From Candidatus Nomurabacteria bacterium GW2011_GWE1_32_28 (GTDB taxonomy: Bacteria > Patescibacteriota > Minisyncoccia > Phycocordibacterales > UBA9973): 64,000 nucleotides of DNA. The stretch covers positions 2,709 to 66,708 of the forward strand of contig LBOM01000005.1 in assembly GCA_000989515.1 (NCBI GenBank). The letters run 5' to 3'. Below the pieces are notes generated by a model that was not told the DNA's origin, did not search any database, and saw nothing but the letters and a program-made list of their open reading frames with translations. Below, piece by piece: positions 48,061 to 57,707 of this stretch; within the stretch, counting starts at the first letter, position 1, and each line of letters begins with the position of its first letter. The position numbers and the translations under genes are program-made.

Positions 48061-51039
48061 TTGCTAAATAATTTAAAAGAAAATGATGAACAGGAAATAG
48101 GGGAGCCTTGTATTTCTCCACCAGAACTTTCTTTACTTCATAAAGTTCAGGGTGTTTTGTTTGCTGTAGCTGACCCGACTGCAGGAGTAGTGAAAGTCGG
48201 ATTAATTAGTTCTTATAATGCAGGTTCTTATATCGCTGATGGTGTGCATAATGCTGGATTAGCAGTAGGAAACGGGATACATGATACTAGCTTAAAAATA
48301 AATAATATGGTTTCAGGATTGTTGGCAAATGCTATTGGAAGTTTGCCTGATGCTGGTGTTATAGCTGCTGTTCCTTTTGGTGTATTAGATTCTGAAAATA
48401 TAGAAGCTGGGGCGGAGGAATTGCCTCCGCCTGCTTCGTCTGTAGAGAAAGAGACCGTCCTTCCACAAGAGATACCTGAGATAAAAGATGAAGTAACTAT
48501 TCCTACTGAACCTGAACCTATTTTAGTTGAGCCAGTTCCTGAAAAAGAAGAAGTTGTGGATGTTGTACCAGAGAAGATTGATCCTATCGTATCTAATACC
48601 ACATATTATGGTGGAGGTGGCGGAAGTAGTACACCTACAGATATAGTTGCTCCAGTTATTACAATTCTTGGAAATAATCCTGAGACAATTACAAAAGATT
48701 CTATTTATCTTGATGCAGGTGCGACAGCTTTGGACGATGTTGATGGTGTGATAGAAGTAGTTGTCACTGGTGTTGTGGATATTAGTGTCGTTGGTGTTTA
48801 TATTATTACTTATACTGCGACAGATCTTTCTAATAATATTGCGACAATGATACGTACTATCAACGTTGTTTTGCCTCCACCCCCACCACTTGCTACTTTT
48901 ACAATTGACTCTGATACTACATTAGTTGCTGGTGAATATAATTATGATAATTTAATTATTACAAATAATGCGGTACTTACCTTAGATAGCAATCGTGATT
49001 CACTAGACCCATTTAAGGGTGTAAAAATAAATGCAGTAAATATAACTATTGAAAATGGTTCATCTATTTCTGCTCAAAGTAAAGGATACGCGAATGGTCC
49101 AGGAACTTATGCAGAGAATAGTCCTGGTGCGAGTTATGGTGGAACAGGTGATAAAAATATTTCAACATCGATATATGGTAGTGCGACCAAGCCTATTGAT
49201 TTAGGTAGTGGGGGATATAATTATTTTCGTGATGGTGGAGCTATTCGTCTTGTCGTCACAGATACTCTCATAAATAATGGTATTGTTTCTTCGAATGGAG
49301 ATAGTACATCGAGTGGTGGAAGTATTTATGTAACAACAAAAAATTTGACTGGAAGTGGTTCATTTAGTGCAAATGGTGGAGGATTATACTCTACTTCCGT
49401 TATTCACGGTTCTGGTAGTGGAGGTAGAATTGCTATATATTATGAAGTTAATTCTTTTTCTGGAATAGTAGAAGCAAAAGGTGGATGTGGAAGTTATGAT
49501 GGATATTCTAGAACTTGTGCGATGGATGGAACAGTTGGATATTTTGATACAATAAATAATGATCTTTCTGTATATAATTCATGGCAATTTTTAAAAGTAG
49601 ATAGTCCATTTAATTATAATAAAATTATTTTAACAAATGGTTCGACAATAAGATCAGAAAAAGAAGTTAATATAACAGCAGACGATCTTCTTTTAGATAA
49701 GATTTCTAATTTTACATTAAACGAAGATCAGATTATAAATATTTCGTCAATTAGGTTAAATGAAAATTCTAGATTAACACTTTCTGGAAGTGAAATGATA
49801 ACTGCTGACAATTTAATTATTAGTGGCAATTCTGATGTCACTATAGTTATAGAGAAAATATTTTCTTTAACTATTCCGAACATTAATATTGAAAGTGGAT
49901 CTTCTATTTCAGCTGATACAAAAGGGTATTTTGGTGGTCCGGGTGCTCCTTTGGTATACAGGGCTGGTGCAAGCTATGGAGGAGCAGGCGAGGGAAGCGA
50001 TGATGCATTAACTTATGGTTCAGTTTTGGAACCTGTAGATTTTGGAAGTGGTGGAAATGGTGATCTACGTGGTGGTGGAGCTATTCGTCTTGTCGTCACA
50101 GATACTTTCATAAACAATGGTATTGTTTCTTCAAATGGAAACAGCACATCGAGTGGTGGAAGTATATATATAACAGTAAAGAATTTATCTGGAAGTGGAA
50201 AATTTAGTGCAAACGGAGGAGGGCTTTATTCTTCTTCTGTTATATTTGGTTCTGGTGGAGGTGGTAGAAATGCAATTTATTATGAGAGTAATCTTTTTAC
50301 TGGAACAGTGGAAGCAAAAGGTGGATGTGGAAGTTATGATGGATATTCTAGAGTCTGTGCAAAAGATGGAACAGTAAAAATGATTGATACTACAAAGAGT
50401 TCAGTAAAACAAATTACGACATTTGATTTTATGAGTTTGACACCAAACGTTGTTGGAATGATTGATGAAGTTAATCATGCTGTTTCTCTAACTGTTCCTT
50501 TTGGTACTGCTGTGACAGCTCTCGTCTCAACTATTACAATTTCAGAAAAAGCGATAATTAGTCCAGATACTAATGTAGCTCAAGATTTTACAAATGCTGT
50601 TACTTACACAGTGACTGCAGAGAATGGTTCTACTCAGGATTATATTGTCACAGTTTTGGTCGCTTCTGATCCAAATCCTCTACCTGATGATACGATACCT
50701 TCAATATTAAGCTCTTCATTAAATGGAATTGCTAGTGATGTGGCGACCAATCCTGTCGTAGACCTTGTTTCTATTGCTTTTATTGCAAATGAAAATGTAG
50801 ATTGGGTTTCTATAAAAATTGAGAAAGAAGACGATGAAACTGTTTACAAATATTTTTATCCAGGGATTGATTGTGATGGGCAGGATGCTTGTACTAAATC
50901 ATGGAATGGTTTATTAGCGGGAGATTCAATAGCACCAATCGGTGTATATAAGATAAGGGTTCGTATTCGAGATCTGATTAGCCTAGAAGAATATGATTTT
51001 TCCCATTTATATAAAATTACAGTAGATACTTCTCTATAA
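48061..51039 (+). CDS. Large surface adhesin-like protein with bacterial Ig-like (DUF5011-type) domain and tandemly duplicated beta-rich about 330-aa domains; same frame as the upstream lipase ORF, separated only by one TAG
   Basis: VITILGNNPETITKDSIYLDAGATALDDVDGVIEVVVTG...YIITYTATDLSNN Ig-like motif; internal duplication GGAIRLVVTDT(L/F)INNGIVSSNG...EAKGGCGSYDGYSR; no signal peptide, TTG start. Confidence 0.5.
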   Translation: MLNNLKENDEQEIGEPCISPPELSLLHKVQGVLFAVADPTAGVVKVGLISSYNAGSYIADGVHNAGLAVGNGIHDTSLKINNMVSGLLANAIGSLPDAGVIAAVPFGVLDSENIEAGAEELPPPASSVEKETVLPQEIPEIKDEVTIPTEPEPILVEPVPEKEEVVDVVPEKIDPIVSNTTYYGGGGGSSTPTDIVAPVITILGNNPETITKDSIYLDAGATALDDVDGVIEVVVTGVVDISVVGVYIITYTATDLSNNIATMIRTINVVLPPPPPLATFTIDSDTTLVAGEYNYDNLIITNNAVLTLDSNRDSLDPFKGVKINAVNITIENGSSISAQSKGYANGPGTYAENSPGASYGGTGDKNISTSIYGSATKPIDLGSGGYNYFRDGGAIRLVVTDTLINNGIVSSNGDSTSSGGSIYVTTKNLTGSGSFSANGGGLYSTSVIHGSGSGGRIAIYYEVNSFSGIVEAKGGCGSYDGYSRTCAMDGTVGYFDTINNDLSVYNSWQFLKVDSPFNYNKIILTNGSTIRSEKEVNITADDLLLDKISNFTLNEDQIINISSIRLNENSRLTLSGSEMITADNLIISGNSDVTIVIEKIFSLTIPNINIESGSSISADTKGYFGGPGAPLVYRAGASYGGAGEGSDDALTYGSVLEPVDFGSGGNGDLRGGGAIRLVVTDTFINNGIVSSNGNSTSSGGSIYITVKNLSGSGKFSANGGGLYSSSVIFGSGGGGRNAIYYESNLFTGTVEAKGGCGSYDGYSRVCAKDGTVKMIDTTKSSVKQITTFDFMSLTPNVVGMIDEVNHAVSLTVPFGTAVTALVSTITISEKAIISPDTNVAQDFTNAVTYTVTAENGSTQDYIVTVLVASDPNPLPDDTIPSILSSSLNGIASDVATNPVVDLVSIAFIANENVDWVSIKIEKEDDETVYKYFYPGIDCDGQDACTKSWNGLLAGDSIAPIGVYKIRVRIRDLISLEEYDFSHLYKITVDTSL

Positions 51040-51043
51040 TTTT

Positions 51044-51064
51044 CCACAAGTTCAACTTGTGGGG
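51044..51064. repeat. Palindromic repeat CCACAAGTTCAACTTGTGGGG (family copy 3), 5 bp after the adhesin stop
   Basis: Direct reading. Confidence 0.8.
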
Positions 51065-51091
51065 GAAGGGGGAGATTGAGTTGTTTGAAGG

Positions 51092-51370
51092 TTGTTATTA
51101 TTATTAGGAGTAGTATTATTAGTAAGGAATAATTCTTTAACAAATCTTAGAGGTATTGTTATGGAACAAAATTGTTGTGTTGCTTATTTGGGTCAATGTG
51201 ACTTTAAAATTCTTTCTCGTATAGACGGTCATTATAAAGAATTTTTTTATGTTTGTATGAACTGTGGAAGAGAAAAGATTTTAGATAGAATTTCTCTTAA
51301 TCATAAAAATCATAAGTATTCAGAAGGAGATCAAATAAAAATGGAAGAGCTATCTTTACAGGGCAAGTAG
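51092..51370 (+). CDS. Small Cys-rich (zinc-ribbon-like) protein; probable true start at M 51161
   Basis: MEQNCCVAYLGQCDF...YVCMNCGREKIL gives a CC-x6-C ... C-x2-C pattern. Confidence 0.3.
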   Translation: MLLLLGVVLLVRNNSLTNLRGIVMEQNCCVAYLGQCDFKILSRIDGHYKEFFYVCMNCGREKILDRISLNHKNHKYSEGDQIKMEELSLQGK

Positions 51371-51405
51371 ATTATTTATAAATAATCTACTTGCCTCTTT
51401 TTTTA
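51363..51405 (+). terminator. Rho-independent terminator
   Basis: GCAAGTAGATTATTTATAAATAATCTACTTGC perfect hairpin followed by CTCTTTTTTT. Confidence 0.75.
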
Positions 51406-51636
51406 TGTTATAATAAAATTATGGTGAAACATTTTTTAAAGACTTTATCTATTTTTATTTTTATGATAATTTTAGGACTCATAGGAGTTTATCTAGTAGG
51501 TTATTTTGATAATAATGAAGAATCAGCTAATGTTTTAAATAATCAAGCGGAAGTAGCAATATAAGGATATAAAATATATTGCTTTAGTTTAAAAGTTGTG
51601 ATATTATACAAATACCGCAAAGAAAATAGGCGTAAT

Positions 51637-51700
51637 CAATTAACAATTAAGAATTACGAGTTAACAATTTGAAATTCGTAATTAAAAATTCGTAATTGAA
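51637..51700. repeat. Octamer and related AT-rich repeat cluster (CAATTAACAATT, GAATTACGAG, AATTCGTAATT x2) upstream of rplJ
   Basis: gtaatcaattaacaattaagaattacgagttaacaatttgaaattcgtaattaaaaattcgtaattgaatg. Confidence 0.75.
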
Positions 51701-51795
51701 TGTAAGTCCTATTTAGTGGGTCGATATTTGCCAAACAGGCGAAAAAGATTTGCGGCGAAAGCCGTTTTTTTTGTTTTTAAAAAATAAAAAGGTAA
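51700..51795 (+). promoter_or_regulatory. Candidate rplJ (L10) leader with a terminator-like hairpin
   Basis: Structured GC-rich leader ...gccaaacaggcgaaaaagatttgcggcgaaagccgtttttttt directly upstream of the rplJ start; CGGC-GAAA-GCCG plus T8. Confidence 0.3.
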
Positions 51796-51802
51796 TAAAA
51801 TT

Positions 51803-52282
51803 ATGTTACAAAAATCAAAAAAAGAAGAAATAATAAAGAGTCTTGAAAAAGCAATCAAAGAATCTTTATCTGTTGTATTTGTTAATTTTCATGGTATGAA
51901 CGTTGGCGATGAGACTGTTCTTCGTAGAGAACTTAGAGACAAAGGAGTAGATTATAAAGTATCTAGAAAAACTTTATTAAAGAGAGCATTGACCAAAAAA
52001 GCAGAAGGGGATATTCCTGAGCTTTCAGGCGAAGTTGCTATAGCATATTCAAAAGATGAAGTTGCTTCTTCTCGTGAAATTTATAATTTTCAAAAAACCC
52101 ATAAAGGTGTCTTGAATATTTTAGGTGGAATTTTTGAAGGTAAATTTATAGGCAAGGAAAGAATGATGGAGATAGCTGTAATACCTTCTAGAGAGGTACT
52201 TCTCTCCAAAATTGCATTTTTGCTTAAATCTCCAATACAACGTTTGGCTATTACAGTCAATGAAGTTGCAAAAAAGAAATAA
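51803..52282 (+). CDS. rplJ: 50S ribosomal protein L10
   Basis: 159 aa, L10 fold pattern (SVVFVNFHGMNVGDETVLRRELRDKGVDYKVSRKTLLKRAL). Confidence 0.85.
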   Translation: MLQKSKKEEIIKSLEKAIKESLSVVFVNFHGMNVGDETVLRRELRDKGVDYKVSRKTLLKRALTKKAEGDIPELSGEVAIAYSKDEVASSREIYNFQKTHKGVLNILGGIFEGKFIGKERMMEIAVIPSREVLLSKIAFLLKSPIQRLAITVNEVAKKK

Positions 52283-52304
52283 TTATTAAATAATAAAAAA
52301 TATT

Positions 52305-52673
52305 ATGTCAAAATTTGATTCATTTATGAAAGACCTTGAGAGCGCATCAGTTTTAGAATTGAATGATCTCGTAAAGGCAATAGAAGAAAAGTTTGGAGTT
52401 TCCGCCGCCGCTGTCGCAGCTGCCGGTCCTGCTGCAGGTGCTGCAGAAGCCGCTGAAGAAAAAGATTCATTTACATTAGTACTTACATCTGCTGGTGAAC
52501 AAAAAATAGCTATCATGAAAGTTGTAAAAGAAGTTTTGAGTCTTGGACTTAAAGAGGCTAAAGATCTAGTCGATGCTGTCCCTTCTACATTAAAAGAAGG
52601 TATGAAGAAAGCTGAAGCTGATGAACTTAAGAAAAAGATTGAAGAAGCAGGTGGAAAAGTAGAATTAAAATAA
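52305..52673 (+). CDS. rplL: 50S ribosomal protein L7/L12
   Basis: N-terminal dimerisation helix, Ala/Pro-rich hinge [20 protein letters not shown]-terminal domain [24 protein letters not shown]... Confidence 0.9.
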   Translation: MSKFDSFMKDLESASVLELNDLVKAIEEKFGVSAAAVAAAGPAAGAAEAAEEKDSFTLVLTSAGEQKIAIMKVVKEVLSLGLKEAKDLVDAVPSTLKEGMKKAEADELKKKIEEAGGKVELK

Positions 52674-52681
52674 TAGAAGAA

Positions 52682-52759
52682 AGAGCGAATACAAAAGTTT
52701 TCTGGCGGACAAAAGAACAAAGTGCCCGCAGGCGAAAACTTTTGTATTCGCTCTTTTTT
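52682..52759 (+). terminator. Long-stem terminator after rplL
   Basis: AGAGCGAATACAAAAGTTTT ... AAAACTTTTGTATTCGCTCT: 20-bp perfect stem with about 33-nt GC-rich loop, then T5. Confidence 0.7.
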
Positions 52760-52794
52760 ATTGTTTTTTATAAAAAGGGTGGTATTATATATAT

Positions 52795-53376
52795 ATGGAA
52801 ATTCTGGGAAAAATATTAGGGAGTGGAGCTCGGGTAAAAATAATGCGTCTTTTTTTGTTGAATTCTAAGAGTGGATTTAGTAAAAAAGATATAGTAAAAA
52901 GAAGTCGTGTAAGTTCTAGTATCGCAGGTAAAGAAATAAAACTTTTATCTTCTTTGGATTTTATTAAAAAACATAATATAAATTGGTTTTTTAATCCACT
53001 TTTTAAATACGGGAAAGAATTTGAGAGACTTTTAATAGGGTCTGAGACATTAGACAACAAGATAATTGCTGATACTTTTAAAAAAGTTGGACGAGTAAAA
53101 CTTCTATTAGTTTCTGGTATTTTTATTAAAAATAAAGACACTAGAATTGATCTTCTCATTGTTGGAGATAAAATGAAAAAAAATAAAATTGAAGAAGGGA
53201 TACATAAGTTAGAAGCTGAAATAGGTACTGAACTCGTTTATGCTATTTTTGATACAAAAGAGTTTATATATAGATTAAATATGTATGATAAACTCGTACG
53301 GGACATACTTGATTTTCCTCACAAGATTATTTTTCAAGCTAAAGAGTTATCCACACAAGCTTTAAAAAAATCCTAA
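52795..53376 (+). CDS. Hypothetical protein with N-terminal HTH-like segment and nucleotidyltransferase-like (GS...DIDLLIVGD) core
   Basis: ARVKIMRLFLL...SKKDIVKRSRVSSSIAGKEIKLL (HTH-like); RVKLLLVSGIFIKNKDTRIDLLIVGD. Confidence 0.3.
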   Translation: MEILGKILGSGARVKIMRLFLLNSKSGFSKKDIVKRSRVSSSIAGKEIKLLSSLDFIKKHNINWFFNPLFKYGKEFERLLIGSETLDNKIIADTFKKVGRVKLLLVSGIFIKNKDTRIDLLIVGDKMKKNKIEEGIHKLEAEIGTELVYAIFDTKEFIYRLNMYDKLVRDILDFPHKIIFQAKELSTQALKKS

Positions 53377-53485
53377 AAATTGTTATAATAAAATATAGAA
53401 CTTTACAAGGTCGAAACTTTATAAGTTTTTATTAGTTAATTTTTTAGCTTAATGCTGATCCGTTTTTAGCGGAAATTATAAATTT

Positions 53486-54181
53486 ATGAGTAATATTTGG
53501 ATGACATGGGGTGATGTTTTTAATGTTTCATTGCAAAGTTTGTGGTGGGCTTTTATTCAATTTGCTCCAAGACTTATTTTAGCGATTATTTTATTTGTTG
53601 TTGGTTGGGTATTGGGTTCTCTTGTTGCTAAAGCATTTGAACAAGTTTTTGGTACTTTAAAAATTGATAATATTTTTAAATCTATTGGTGTAGATGATTT
53701 TTTTAGAAAGGCAGGAATGAATCTTAATTCTGGTCATTTCGTTGGAGAAGTAATGAAATGGTTTATAATTATTATTTTCTTGCTCCCTTCACTTAATTTG
53801 ATTGGGTTGGATTCAATTGCATATTTCTTAAAAGATGATGTGCTTGGATTTTTGCCTAAGGTTATAATTGCTGCTTTTGTATTAATAATTGCGACAATCT
53901 TGGCAGAATTTCTTTCAAAAACAGCTTATGCTTCAGCTCGTGCAATGAATCTTAAATCTGCACATATGTTGAGTTCACTTGTAAAATATACAGTTTGGGC
54001 CTTTGCATTTATTATTGCATTAGGTCAGCTTGGAGTAGCAGAAGGGTATATGAATACTCTTTTCGCTGGAATAGTTGGAATGCTTGCTCTTGGTGGTGCT
54101 CTTGCTTTTGGCTTGGGTGCTAAAGATGCAGCAGGAAGATTGATTTCAAAACTTGGAGAAGAAATGTCTCACAAAGAATAA
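53486..54181 (+). CDS. Membrane protein with two tandem conserved-TM-helix repeats (MscS-N-terminal-like)
   Basis: Internal repeat of W..F..FAPRL.LAII.FVVGWVLG.LV.K / V.W.F.II.L..LG pattern; 231 aa. Confidence 0.35.
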   Translation: MSNIWMTWGDVFNVSLQSLWWAFIQFAPRLILAIILFVVGWVLGSLVAKAFEQVFGTLKIDNIFKSIGVDDFFRKAGMNLNSGHFVGEVMKWFIIIIFLLPSLNLIGLDSIAYFLKDDVLGFLPKVIIAAFVLIIATILAEFLSKTAYASARAMNLKSAHMLSSLVKYTVWAFAFIIALGQLGVAEGYMNTLFAGIVGMLALGGALAFGLGAKDAAGRLISKLGEEMSHKE

Positions 54182-55082
54182 TAAATACTTTATAGAAATA
54201 GAAAAAAGATGTCCACACTTTCCCCATTGGGGCTTAGGTTGACATCTTTTTTCGTTTAATATATACTCTTTCAATCAGTATGATTACATTAAGAAACAAG
54301 TTTAAAAGGCGGTTTTAAGCAGACTTTCTTTTGTCTGTTGACCGCTTAAAAAGCGGTTTTTTATTTGGTAAGTATGGCTTGAAAATTGACAACTTAAATC
54401 CTATCCTAGTATTCTTGGACAACTTGCAAAAGTGTGTCCGGCATGCAGCCTGTATGCTTAGGGTCTTTTCAAAGCTAGAGATAGGAAATTGTTTAAATAA
54501 TTTTGAATGCCGAGCGGTCGGACTAGATTTTATTATAAGCATTGTTTTATCCTTATGTAATGTAAGGATTGTGATTTATAAATTTCTTAACAGGAAATTT
54601 AAGGGCGTATGGTGGATGCCTTGACTTTAAGAGGCGATGAAGGACGTGGCGTTGCTGCGATAAGCTTCGGGGAGGTGCTTAGCTACCTTTGATCCGGAGA
54701 TTTCCGAATGGGGAAACCCTATCAAGTAAACCTTGATAACTTTTATCTTTATGATAAAAGAGCATACCCTGGGAAGTGAAACATCTCAGTACCAGGAGGA
54801 ATAGAGACAAATATGTATTTCCTTAGTAGCGGCGAGCGAAAAGGAAGAAGCCCAAACCGTTCTCGCAAGAGGGCGGGGTTGTAAGATGACAATGTAGTTT
54901 ACTAGGAGAGTTAAAAAATAAATTATTAGTTGAAGTTGCTGGAAAGCGACACCGTAGGGGGTGATAGTCCCGTAAACGAAAATAATTTATCTCTTTTATT
55001 GTTATTCTTGAGTACCCCAGGACATGAATGGCCGGGGGGAATCTAGCGGAACTAACCGCTAAGGCTAAATACTCTTAAAGAT

Positions 55083-55119
<37 letters not shown>

Positions 55120-56640
55120 CAGCCCGATTAGGGCGGTGAAATAGACCTGAAACCATATGTCTACAAGGAGTCGGAGCAGGTATTTATATCTGCAACGGCG
55201 TGCCTATTGAAGAATGAGCCAACGAGTTTATTCATACTGCAAGGCTAAGCTGGCTAAAACAGCAGAGCCGAAGGGAAACCGAGTGTTAATAGCGCGAATG
55301 AGTAGTATGCATAAGACCCGAAGCCAGGTGAGCTTGCCATGAGCAGGTTGAAGTTTGTCGAAAGACAAATGGAGGACCGAACCGGTAGATCGTACAACGT
55401 CTTCGGATGACTTGTGGTAAGGAGTGAAAAGCTAATCGAACCTGGTAATAGCTGGTTCTCTCCGAAATAGCTTTAGGGCTAGCGTCACTGGAAGGTTTCG
55501 ACAGGGAGCAATCTCGCGAAACCTATCAAACTCCGAATACCAGAAACCATAGCTTGGCAGTTAGGCCATGGGGGCGAAGCTCCATTGGCCAAAAGGGAAA
55601 CAGCCCAGATCTCAAAATAAGGTCCCTAAATTTATGCTAAGTGTAAGATAAGAAGGTGGAATTTCTCTGACAATGAGGAGGTTGGCTTAGAAGCAGCCAT
55701 CCTTTAAAGATAGCGTAACAGCTCACTCATCTAGAGATTTTGCGTCGACATAGTACCGAATTTGAGGATTTCGTTTTTCTTCGGAAGAACGGAGTGGTAG
55801 GAGAGTGTTCCAATCTGCTGTGAAGTAGGACTCGTGAGAGCCTATGGAGCGTTTGGAAGTAAGAATGTTGGCACAAGTAACCGCAATGAGGGTGAGATCC
55901 CCTCACGTCGAAAGATCAAGGTTTCCTTGGTAATGTCAATCAGCCAAGGGTTAGTCGGGCCTAAGGGAATGGAGAAATCCGTACTCGATGGACATAGGGT
56001 TAATATTCCCTGACTTCTGTATTTTGTGATGGGACGACGGAGTGTAGTATGTATTGCTCATTATTGGATTTGAAGTTTGTTTACTAAAGATGAGGTGTAG
56101 GAAAATCCGCACACTGCTTTCAATGGCAAATCTAAGGTAAATGAAAAGTCTTAAGCCTCGGTTTAGGACAATAATACAAAGCACGCTTCCAAGAAAAATC
56201 TCTAAACTTAAAAATATAGAATCCGTACCGCAAACCGACACAGGTGATCAGGTCGAGTAGACCAAGACGAACGAGTGAGTGGTCCCCAAGGAACTCGGCA
56301 AAAAAGCAGCCGTAACTTCGGGATAAGGCTTGCCCCCACCACTTTGGATATTTCTAAATATTTGAGAGTGTTGGGAGAGTAAGATTTAAGTATCGAGCAA
56401 AAAGAGACAATGAGGAATTAAATTAAAGCTCTTCATCATTTTTTATTTCACAGAATTTTTTTGTGAAGTATCTAAAGTGGTGGGGGCCGCAGCGAAAGTT
56501 TCTCTGGCAACTGTTTACCAAAAACACAGCTCCCTGCGAACTCGTAAGAGGATGTATAGGGGGTGACACCTGACCAATGCCAGAAGGTCAAATATCGGCG
56601 GTGTATGTCGCAAGATGTATGCAGACTGATATAAGCCCTG

Positions 56641-56683
<43 letters not shown>

Positions 56684-57707
56684 ACCTTGTCGGGTAAGTT
56701 CCGACGCGCACGAATGGTGTAATGACTGGAGAACTGTCTCGGGGACCAGCTCGGTGAAAATACAATGCCGGTGAAGATGCCGGCTAAGTGCAGTTAGACG
56801 AAAAGACCCTAGAAGCTTTACTATAACTTGATATTGAGCATGTTTTTAAACTGCGTAGAATAGATGGGAGAGGTTTGAAGTGTACGGTTTCGGCTGTATT
56901 CTACTCGTCAGTGAAATACCATTCTTTTTGAAGGCATGTTCTAACCAATACGGCAAAAACGTATTGAGACAGTATCTGGTGGATAGTTTTACTGGGGCTG
57001 TACCCTCCTAAAAAGTAAAGGAGGGGTTTAAAGGTTAGCTAGGCGCGAATGGAAACCGTGCCGATAGTGTAATGGCACAAGCTAGCTTGACTGTAAGAGG
57101 TACATCTCAAGCAGGTGGGAAACCAGAACATAGTGATCCGACCATACGCATTAGACGCGGTGGAAGCTCAACGGATAAAAGCTACTCTAGGGATAACAGG
57201 CTAGTTCCGCCTAAGAGTTCATATCGACGGCGGAGTTCGGCACCTCGATGTCGGCTCACCTTAGCGCGGCGGTGGAGAAGCTGCCAAGCGTTTCAGACCG
57301 TTCTTCAGTCAATTATTAAATTGACTTCAGAACAGTCTGGATCCTCAGAGGAATAGTGAACGAAAGTGAACTACTGTTTTAATCGAAATTAACCATATTG
57401 CTGTTTGCAATATCACGGCGGTCGCGTTAAATTTATATTAACAAATCACGCGATGAAGTCGGGGTTTTCGGTGGAATCCTATCACATTTATGTGAGGACA
57501 ATACCGAGAAGAAAATTTATTTTTTCTTTGTAGAGACTACAAACCGACCCCCTTAAATTGGGGAATGTATAGTCCAATCCCATAAGTAATTATGGAAATT
57601 GCTAAAGCCTAAGGCCTAATGCCTAAAGCCTAGCATGTAGATGCGTGAGACAGGTTGGTCTCCTATCTACTGCACTCGTTGATTCTTGAGAAGATTTGCT
57701 CCTAGTA

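Noticed and set aside
214-50377. Numerous 60-125-aa antisense or overlapping ORFs in the track, for example 214-564-, 2373-2579-, 4612-4829 and 41084-42771
   Set aside because: They are fully embedded in longer, motif-supported genes on the other strand or frame, with low-complexity translations. They are treated as non-coding.
2577-51700. The octamer repeat arrays might be CRISPR arrays
   Set aside because: The units are 8 bp with no unique spacers of 25 to 40 bp. They are tandem or near-tandem microsatellite-like repeats. No cas genes are adjacent.
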